A DNA stretch of 64,000 nucleotides, taken from positions 4,824-68,823 of the forward strand of contig CAZBVQ010000003.1 in assembly GCA_964495685.1 (NCBI GenBank), in the 5' to 3' direction. Shown here one piece after another: positions 27,464-34,842 of this stretch; position 1 is the first letter of the stretch; each line of letters begins with the position of its first letter. The notes below the pieces were generated by a model. That model made no database searches. It was not told where the DNA came from and saw only the letters and a program-made list of their open reading frames with translations. The position numbers were made by a program, and so were the translations under genes. Source of the stretch: an uncultured Candidatus Saccharibacteria bacterium (GTDB taxonomy: Bacteria > Patescibacteriota > Minisyncoccia > Phycocordibacterales > PALSA-1337).

Positions 27464-27532
27464 TGCCTGTTAATTATATATAATCAAGCTACGAATGAAC
27501 ATGTTGCCGATTGTGCGATTTCGTATCCAAAT

Positions 27533-28048
27533 ATGAAAATTGATTATCCATACCTTCCTGAAGGGAGAACCATCAAACATGTTCCTGTCACCAACGTTTT
27601 TATGGCTGAGGCTAAGCGAGTGAGGGCTGAACTTTCAACAGAGAAAAATTATCCGACTGGTGCAGTCATTGTGAAGGATTCCAAGATACTCGGTCGAGCA
27701 GGCAATCAGGCGGCACTCAAAAATAAAACCCTCCAAGAATTCCATCGTACAAAGTTGTGTCTGCGTAAAGTGTTCAAGATACCTTCGGGTCAAAAATATT
27801 GGGTCTGCCCAGGTTGTGCGAAATATCAACACCATGCTGAGTGGGGAGCGGTCCGAGATGCTATCAAGCGGATAGGAAATATTGCTGGTGCAGACTTGTA
27901 CCTATATGGCCACTGGTGGTGCTGCAAACCGTGCTGGAGGAGCATGATCGATGCGGGTGTTCGAGATGTGTATCTTGTCGAAGGAGCTTTCGAATTATTC
28001 GAAAAGCGATCGCATGTAGTAGCTGAGGCGACCAAGAACAATACATAA
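27533..28048 (+). CDS. dCMP/CMP deaminase (zinc-dependent, ComEB-like)
   Basis: HAE...PCxxC motifs (HAEWGAV; CCKPCWRSM). Start trimmed to the MKIDYPY Met; the longer ORF start is antisense to thyA. Confidence 0.75.
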   Translation: MKIDYPYLPEGRTIKHVPVTNVFMAEAKRVRAELSTEKNYPTGAVIVKDSKILGRAGNQAALKNKTLQEFHRTKLCLRKVFKIPSGQKYWVCPGCAKYQHHAEWGAVRDAIKRIGNIAGADLYLYGHWWCCKPCWRSMIDAGVRDVYLVEGAFELFEKRSHVVAEATKNNT

Positions 28049-28049
28049 T

Positions 28050-28469
28050 ATGAAACTTCTCATCAAAAAACTCAAGCCCGATGCCAAGTTGCCCTCATAC
28101 GCTCATCCAGGTGATGTTGGTTTGGATCTCTATTCACTAGAGGACAAACTGCTCAATCCTGGTGAGCGTCATATTTTTTTCGTGGGATTTGCCCTGGAAT
28201 TTCCGACCGGCTATGCTGCTATTGTGAAGGACAAAGGCGGTACTTCGAAGAATGGTTTGCATACAGCCGGTGGGGTGTACGATGCGGGGTATCGTGGTGA
28301 ATATAACGTCAATCTGGTGAATCTGAGTGACAAACCATATCAAGTCCATACAGGTGATAAGATCGCCCAGCTCGTTATTTTCCCAGTCGCTATTGCTGAG
28401 CTCGAAGAAGTGTCGGCTTTGAATGATTCATCGCGTGGAGAGGGACGATTCGGTAGTACGGGACGATAA
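28050..28469 (+). CDS. dut: dUTP pyrophosphatase
   Basis: Motifs GDVGLDL, GVYDAGYRGE, DKIAQLVI, RGEGRFGSTG. Confidence 0.85.
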   Translation: MKLLIKKLKPDAKLPSYAHPGDVGLDLYSLEDKLLNPGERHIFFVGFALEFPTGYAAIVKDKGGTSKNGLHTAGGVYDAGYRGEYNVNLVNLSDKPYQVHTGDKIAQLVIFPVAIAELEEVSALNDSSRGEGRFGSTGR

Positions 28470-28478
28470 TATATCATC

Positions 28479-29132
28479 ATGCTTTCACCATTCCTGCTGA
28501 CAAAAAGTAAACCGCCGTTCATCGTCATTGAAGGCGGTGAGGGCTCGGGTAAATCATCGGTCTTGATGGCGCTCAAAGAAGAGCTGGGTGATCGTATTTT
28601 CACCACCCGCGAGCCGGGTGGTTCGCCCTATGCCGAAGTTATCCGCGATGTGACTTTGAAAAATCCACTGGCCAAAGGGACTCCTGCCGAAACAACCCTC
28701 TGCCTCATGTTCGCATCACGTTTCGATAATACGAGCCGTTCTATAGTTCCTGCACTGAAGGCTGGTACGCCTGTCATCGCTGATCGTTTCGATGCTTCTT
28801 CATTTGCGTACAATGTAGGTGCCCAATCTCGCGGCGCCCTCGAAGGGTTGTTCTGGAAACTTCGTGAACGTCTCGAAGTCAAACCGGACCTCTATATTTT
28901 CTTTGATGTTGATCCCCGTGAAGGTCTCCGCCGCGCTCAGTCGCGCAACCAATCATTGTTGCAGGGCAAACAATATGACCATTTCGATGATCGAGAGGTC
29001 GAGTTCCACGAAAAAGTCAGAGAAGGATACATGAAATTTTTCCAGAAAGTGCCGCACATGATCATTGATGCCAATCAGCCGCTCGATGAGGTCAAAAAGG
29101 CGTTCCGAGAGGAGATTCTTGCTAGAATTTAG
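28479..29132 (+). CDS. tmk: thymidylate kinase
   Basis: P-loop IVIEGGEGSGKSS, then TREPGG...DRF. Confidence 0.9.
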   Translation: MLSPFLLTKSKPPFIVIEGGEGSGKSSVLMALKEELGDRIFTTREPGGSPYAEVIRDVTLKNPLAKGTPAETTLCLMFASRFDNTSRSIVPALKAGTPVIADRFDASSFAYNVGAQSRGALEGLFWKLRERLEVKPDLYIFFDVDPREGLRRAQSRNQSLLQGKQYDHFDDREVEFHEKVREGYMKFFQKVPHMIIDANQPLDEVKKAFREEILARI

Positions 29133-29239
29133 TGGGGATATCTGAGGTGTTGACAAGGTTGTGGGGGAGGAGTAAGGTAGTGCGTAGGTTGCTCTACAGG
29201 CTATTACGTGGAGTGATAAAACGGCCTCACAAGCCACAT

Positions 29240-29455
29240 GTGGACTCTAATGTTCACAAAAAATGGGCGTGTGAGAGGGTTTGAATTCAAGGCCACAAAA
29301 AAACTTTCGCGGCTGAGAAGTACACAATTCTCTCCACCCCAGTTCTTTCCACCGCGCTCCGTCGCAGTGGTCGTTCCGAGGGTCTTTGCCGAGAGGCATA
29401 CCCCGTTTATGGTGGGGTCCGTCGTTGCCCAGGTGGGTGGCGACGGACTTTTTTG
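29240..29455 (+). promoter_or_regulatory. structured non-coding leader or small RNA ending in a strong intrinsic terminator (gtccgtcg-N16-cgacggac-TTTTTT at 29417-29455), upstream of glyA
   Basis: tmk ends at 29132, so the terminator 320 nt downstream is not its own. An upstream tccgtcgc copy (29344) can compete for the terminator's 3' arm. The ORFs here are not protein-like. Confidence 0.3.
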
Positions 29456-29613
29456 TTGCCCAGATTTTCTTTCGTGCTAGAATGCGAATACGACTAACTA
29501 ACATGCTTACCACAACCTACAAATCAACGTGGTCTTCATTTGCATAATTACGGTGAATTACCTGCGGTGTGATTCGGTTCGTGGTTCATTATTCACCATT
29601 CACTATTCATTCT

Positions 29614-30810
29614 ATGAAAGACACACAGATCAAAAAACTCATCGATGCTGAGAAGAAGCGTCAAAAGAGCGTCATCAATCTTATCGCCTCAGAGAACGTT
29701 GTTTCATCAGATGTACTCGAAGCGCTCGGTTCGGAATTGACCAACAAGTACGCAGAAGGGTATCCGCGTGCACGTTATTATGGCGGCAACCAAGTCGTCG
29801 ACAAGATCGAAGAGCTTTGCAAAGAGCGCGCACTCACATTATTCGGCCTTTCGGCAGATGAATGGCATGTCAATGTCCAGCCTCTGTCAGGGTCACCAGC
29901 CAATCTGGCTGTATATGTCGCTCTAGTCCCTCAAGGTGGCAAGATTATGGGTATGTCACTCGATCATGGTGGTCATCTCACTCACGGTCACAAAGTTTCG
30001 GCTACGGGCAAATTCTGGACCCAGGTACCGTATGGTCTCGACAAAGATACTGAGCTCATCAATTACGGGGCACTCAAGGAGCTCGCTCTTCGAGAGAGGC
30101 CAGCCATCATCGTCGGTGGCTACACGGCGTATACGCGTGTCGTTGATTTCAAGAAATTGCGCGAAATAGCTGACGCATGCGGAGCGTTGCTCATGATCGA
30201 CATGTCTCATTTCGCTGGTCTCGTCGCAGGCAAGGCTTATCCATCACCATTCGCGTACGCTGATGTGGTCACCACAACTGTACACAAGACACTCCGTGGT
30301 CCTCGTAGCGCACTTATTTTTTCCAAGAAAGATACGCGTGATCTTCCCAAGAAAATAGACAAAGCAGTTTTCCCGGGATTGCAGGGAGGCCCACACCTCA
30401 ATCAGATTGCCGCTGTCGCTGTGGCGCTCAAAGAAGCTGCCGCTCCCGCATTCAAGAAATATGCAGTGCAGGTCAAGAAGAACGCTGCAGTACTTGCCCA
30501 AGAATTGAGCAACAAAGGATGGAAAATTATTTCCGGAGGCACAGACTCACATCTGGTGCTTGTCGATACTTGGATGGGGGGCCAGAAAAATGCCAAGGGT
30601 GCCGGGGCCATTCCTGGCAAGATCGCTAGTGATGCACTTGAGAAGGCCGGCATCATTGTAAACAAGAACGCTATTCCTTTTGATGCTCGTCCGCCGGCAG
30701 ATCCTTCCGGTATCCGTCTCGGTTCAGCCGCAGAGACGACGAGGGGTAAAAAAGAAAAAGATTTCAAGAAAATCGCTGAGAAGATAGATGCGGTGCTCAA
30801 AAGGCTGTGA
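29614..30810 (+). CDS. glyA: serine hydroxymethyltransferase
   Basis: KRQKSVINLIASENVVSSDVLEALGSELTNKYAEGYP and PLP-Lys region. Start at the MKDTQIK Met. Confidence 0.9.
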   Translation: MKDTQIKKLIDAEKKRQKSVINLIASENVVSSDVLEALGSELTNKYAEGYPRARYYGGNQVVDKIEELCKERALTLFGLSADEWHVNVQPLSGSPANLAVYVALVPQGGKIMGMSLDHGGHLTHGHKVSATGKFWTQVPYGLDKDTELINYGALKELALRERPAIIVGGYTAYTRVVDFKKLREIADACGALLMIDMSHFAGLVAGKAYPSPFAYADVVTTTVHKTLRGPRSALIFSKKDTRDLPKKIDKAVFPGLQGGPHLNQIAAVAVALKEAAAPAFKKYAVQVKKNAAVLAQELSNKGWKIISGGTDSHLVLVDTWMGGQKNAKGAGAIPGKIASDALEKAGIIVNKNAIPFDARPPADPSGIRLGSAAETTRGKKEKDFKKIAEKIDAVLKRL

Positions 30811-30850
30811 TTGCGGTATACTTCCCACAGGGAAAGAGAAAGGCAATCTT

Positions 30851-31069
30851 ATGAAGAAATCTGTTCGTAGAGCGCGGTGGTCACCTTACACATCTCGTAA
30901 GCAACAACGTCGTGAGAAAGTTCAATTGTTGAATGAAAGTATTGAAACCTCGGGTTGTTTCGTTGGTCATGATCAGAATCGAGTTTCAGATGATCTTGCG
31001 CACGAGGCAGTCGGGCCACATGACTCTCTGGCTGTACCCAGTCATCTTGCTCATCAGATAGTTCGTTAG
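30851..31069 (+). CDS. possible small basic protein (72 aa); weak
   Basis: ORF with AG-rich RBS (gggaaagagaaagg). The antisense ORF 30849-31091 is an equally poor alternative. Confidence 0.2.
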   Translation: MKKSVRRARWSPYTSRKQQRREKVQLLNESIETSGCFVGHDQNRVSDDLAHEAVGPHDSLAVPSHLAHQIVR

Positions 31070-31564
31070 CGTGCTTTCCGGCCAGATCCAAGGAGGTTCC
31101 GTGTGAGCCTCTTTTTGTATAAAAAAGAAAAAAGGCGCAACCACGGGTTGCGCCTTGAAAGTGAACGGAACCTCCTCCGTAGAGTACTACGGTACGTTAA
31201 ATTTAGGGAGGCGAGAATAATGTGCAAGATGGTTTTGTGTAAGCCTTCGTCGGCGGCGTGCTGTTGAAGTGTCTCGATCCTTGTGGTGACAAGGATACAC
31301 ATATGACCATCGGTCCCTAGACTATGAGACACAGGTCTCGGGGTGGGAATGACGTCCTTCTCGAGCGGGCCCGACGTCCTCATTACCGTTCTATTTCCAC
31401 ACTGCATCTGAAAAGAATCATAATCTATTGTTGGGCGTTTGTCAAATCGTGTGTACCTAAAACAGTAACCAAGCCCATCCTTATAATATACCTATTCATT
31501 GGATGTAATGTGGATACAAAAAGCGCCACCGTTTTACCGGTGACGCGTGTTTCAGGGTATCTGG

Positions 31565-32410
31565 TCAGTCGTTTGACCCTTGACCGCCGGTGTCTTCGAC
31601 CGATCCGATCATGTAATCAATTGCCCATGTGATGTATAGTCCTGCTGGACAAAGAGGGGTGACATCAACTTCTCCAGACGATTCAGGACCAACGTCAATG
31701 TCAATGTAAGCCCCGCTATTCGCATCGTGCTGAACGGTCTGTCCGTGGACGTCAATTTCTTCGGGTGATAGCTCACGGTCAAATACGAGAGGGAGCATGG
31801 TTCCTTCCGTCGCCTTCCACGCCTGGGCAGTTATGAAGATCCGATAATGGTACAACAGTGACGAGTCAGGGTTTACGTATCGAAACGCCGTCCAGGCATT
31901 ATCACTCAGAGTGAAGGTGTTCGAGTAGTCATTATTCGGATCATTCGTGGACGTCGTCAACGTTCCACGAGCCGCAACTTCACTGACGTTGAGTCCTGTA
32001 ATGGTATTTGTGCCCATGTTGACCCAAGCAGAGCCGTGCGATCTGGAAGACTCCGTGGCATAACCACCGGCTGGTTGTTGATTCGTCCACACAGACGTCC
32101 TGACTGTCTCGCTGGCATATACAGGTCCTGATGTGTCGGTCTCCACCAACGTCTTCGTCACAGGATCCAGGCCACCCAAAGTCCATCCACGAGTGAACGA
32201 ACTGACCTGTTTGAGGCTTCGAGGATGACTGGACTGTGGCCCCCCACAATTTCCTGTGAGACATGTTTCCTTGATCGGTTGCCACGTACGAGTGGATTGT
32301 TTGAGGACAACCGAGGTTGTCGGTAGGATCACTTCTGCCGCCCACGTGGCTTGTGTAATGGTTAGAAAAGTGGCCGTCATAATCATGACGTGCCTGATCA
32401 GTGTTTTCAT
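31565..32410 (-). CDS. secreted hypothetical protein (signal peptide MKTLIRHVMIMTATFLTITQATWA)
   Basis: Ser/Thr/Asn-rich 281-aa ORF. No catalytic motif recognised. Confidence 0.5.
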   Translation of the reverse strand: MKTLIRHVMIMTATFLTITQATWAAEVILPTTSVVLKQSTRTWQPIKETCLTGNCGGPQSSHPRSLKQVSSFTRGWTLGGLDPVTKTLVETDTSGPVYASETVRTSVWTNQQPAGGYATESSRSHGSAWVNMGTNTITGLNVSEVAARGTLTTSTNDPNNDYSNTFTLSDNAWTAFRYVNPDSSLLYHYRIFITAQAWKATEGTMLPLVFDRELSPEEIDVHGQTVQHDANSGAYIDIDVGPESSGEVDVTPLCPAGLYITWAIDYMIGSVEDTGGQGSND

Positions 32411-32562
32411 TGTGCGATTGTGTTTCCGTTGCTGTTTCCCCATACCCTATTTCCCATACTCACACGAGCACGAGTGGTCTGGATTCGAAATTGACCATAA
32501 CACGATTATCACATAAAAGCAAGCCCTTCGTGCTTATCCTGCCTTTCTGCTACAATCTAACC

Positions 32563-34242
32563 ATGAAACAACAGATTCAGGTGGTATTCGAAAAAGCCTT
32601 GCAAAACCTCGATATTGCAGGGTCTTCTTTCCGTCTGGAATACCCAGAGAACCCTGAGCATGGCGATTTCTCATGTAATGTAGCCATGGTCAATGCCAAG
32701 AAACTTGGCATGGCTCCCAAAGTTCTTGCCGAGAAAGTGGTCGCCGAGATCGGCAAAGGGAATTCTGATTTTATTGCATCAGCTACTGTGGCTGGCCCTG
32801 GATTCATCAACATTACGATCAAGAGCACTGTGTTCACAGAGAATATTATTTCAGTCGCGCAAGGTGATGGGGAATATGGATGGAACAAGAACGATGCGGA
32901 CAAGAAAGTCATGGTTGAATATACTGACCCCAATCCATTCAAAGTGCTTCATATCGGTCACCTGATGTCCAACGCCATTGGTGAATCTATTTCTCGTCTC
33001 GTCCAATCTGCGGGTGCGGAGGTCAAGCGTGCCAACTGGCAAGGCGATGTCGGTCCGCATGTCGCAAAAGCTATTTGGGGAGCTCTTCATCTCAATGTTC
33101 CTGACAAACATGGCGCCGAATTCTGGGGCAAGGCCTACACACATGGTGCGCTGGCGTACGAAGATGATGCCGCTGCCAAGAAAGAGGTCGATGAGATCAA
33201 TAAGAAAGTCTATTCACGCACCGATGATCAGATCAACAAGCTCTATGATCAAGGTAGGAAAGAGAGTTTGGAGGCATTCGAAGTCATGTACGCCAAGCTC
33301 GGCACGAAATTCGACAATTACTTCTTCGAAGGTACTGAGGGCAGGAATGGTGAGCCGATTGTCCGCGAATATCTGAAGAAAGGTGTATTCCAGGAAAGTG
33401 AAGGAGCGATTGTATTCAAAGGTGAAGATCATGGGTTGCACACGCGTGTCTTCATGACCTCGCAGGGACTCCCGACATATGAGACCAAGGAGCTTGGTTT
33501 GAATGCTGAGAAATTCAAGCTCTATCCCGATCTGGCAGAATCGATCATCATTACCGCCAATGAACAAAGTGATTATTTCCGTGTGCTCCTGAAGGTCATG
33601 GAGCTGGTCATGCCGAATGTGGCTGCCAAGACCAAACATATGAGTCATGGCATGATGCGTTTTGCTTCGGGCAAAATGTCATCTCGCAAAGGTAATGTTA
33701 TTAGTGCCGAGGCGCTCATCGATGATATTCGTTCGTTGGTCACGGAGAAGATCGCCGACCGTGAATTTTCCGCTACACAGAAGGATGAAATCGCTGACGC
33801 GGTAGCCATTGGCGCTATCAAGTATACGATTTTGCGCCAGGCGGTCGGTAGCGATGTTATCTTCGATTCAGCCTCCTCTATCTCATTCGAAGGTGACTCG
33901 GGACCATATCTGCAGTATGCAGCAGTGAGGGCGGGTTCGATCTTGGAGAAAGGAAAGAAGGAGGGCAAAATCGTCGCTCCAGAAGAGGTGACTATGCTCG
34001 AAAGACTTATTTCAAGATTCCCGGATATCGTCGAGCGAGCACGAGCAGAATATGCGCCGCAACATATCGCAAGTTATCTCATGGCGCTCGCAGGTGAGTT
34101 CAATGCGTATTATGCCAATCATCAGATCGTCGACGACGCTGATCCGCTCTCACCATATCGTGTGGCGCTGACCAAGGCATTCAGGACGGTCATGATCAAT
34201 GGATTGTGGATTCTCGGTATCAAAGTTCCGGAGAGGATGTAG
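32563..34242 (+). CDS. argS: arginyl-tRNA synthetase
   Basis: HIGH motif (LHIGHLMSNAIGE), the N-terminal add-1 domain, and the characteristic C-terminal Met. Confidence 0.9.
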   Translation: MKQQIQVVFEKALQNLDIAGSSFRLEYPENPEHGDFSCNVAMVNAKKLGMAPKVLAEKVVAEIGKGNSDFIASATVAGPGFINITIKSTVFTENIISVAQGDGEYGWNKNDADKKVMVEYTDPNPFKVLHIGHLMSNAIGESISRLVQSAGAEVKRANWQGDVGPHVAKAIWGALHLNVPDKHGAEFWGKAYTHGALAYEDDAAAKKEVDEINKKVYSRTDDQINKLYDQGRKESLEAFEVMYAKLGTKFDNYFFEGTEGRNGEPIVREYLKKGVFQESEGAIVFKGEDHGLHTRVFMTSQGLPTYETKELGLNAEKFKLYPDLAESIIITANEQSDYFRVLLKVMELVMPNVAAKTKHMSHGMMRFASGKMSSRKGNVISAEALIDDIRSLVTEKIADREFSATQKDEIADAVAIGAIKYTILRQAVGSDVIFDSASSISFEGDSGPYLQYAAVRAGSILEKGKKEGKIVAPEEVTMLERLISRFPDIVERARAEYAPQHIASYLMALAGEFNAYYANHQIVDDADPLSPYRVALTKAFRTVMINGLWILGIKVPERM

Positions 34243-34313
34243 TGCACAAGTCGGGGTTGCATTTGGGTGGGGTGGTGGTAGATTGGTGATAACTGTTCAA
34301 TGAAAGGTGAATT

Positions 34314-34715
34314 ATGAAGCCAAATGTTCAGGTTCTGCGACAGGCTTATTGTTTTTTTACAGACACACGGTACGATCCCTCACTACGACTTGGGGCTGAA
34401 ATCCCTCCGAAGGGATACAATTTCTCCATACTCAATCATGACGGTTTGCGTGTTGAACTCGTGATTGGAGTTCCCGAGTGGGGGAAATGTATCCACTCGG
34501 CGCAATTGCGAGTTTTCCAACCAGGTGAAGGGCCAGGTTCTTGGCCCGGTAAAATTCTGGCAGTGTGTGATGCGGTCGACGATCCAGATCGGGACGTGTT
34601 GGCGGATGTGTTTTATGCAGGAAGCAACGACCCTGACCGCGCACTTCTATGTCAACGGCTCCGTGAGGATATTGGTGCCGCAGTGGCCAGGGCCCGGTCA
34701 CTTCTTGTTGTTTGA
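34314..34715 (+). CDS. hypothetical protein; weak
   Basis: 133-aa ORF. The overlapping minus-strand ORF 34432-35436 is antisense to ileS and rejected. Confidence 0.3.
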   Translation: MKPNVQVLRQAYCFFTDTRYDPSLRLGAEIPPKGYNFSILNHDGLRVELVIGVPEWGKCIHSAQLRVFQPGEGPGSWPGKILAVCDAVDDPDRDVLADVFYAGSNDPDRALLCQRLREDIGAAVARARSLLVV

Positions 34716-34819
34716 TGGGTAGCCTAGATACCTTGCACGGCCGACCGGAAATCTCCGTTCGGCCTCTTTTTATTCTCAAAACGCAAAAAAGTGCTAGAAT
34801 GGCTCTACTGTACTGCGCA

Positions 34820-34836
34820 TCTAGGCCGGGCCTAGA
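34820..34836. promoter_or_regulatory. palindrome TCTAGGCC-G-GGCCTAGA (copy 2 of 3) in the ileS 5' region
   Basis: Lies 6 nt upstream of the ileS ATG and downstream of a TGcTAGAAT -10 element at 34792-34800. Confidence 0.6.
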
Positions 34837-34842
34837 AATCAC

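Noticed and set aside
27128-27532. 5' part of the 306-aa ORF 27128-28048
   Set aside because: The first ~135 codons are antisense to thyA and lack any deaminase similarity. The dCMP deaminase domain begins after the in-frame ATG at 27533, which also leaves a normal divergent promoter region.
29380-29456. ZTP (pfl) riboswitch upstream of glyA
   Set aside because: The only resemblance (CCACCTGGGCAAC ~ CCGCCUGGGCA) lies on the minus strand, which cannot regulate the plus-strand glyA. The 5' GGGUCGUGAC/ACCGGGCGGA elements are absent. The region is kept only as a generic structured leader.
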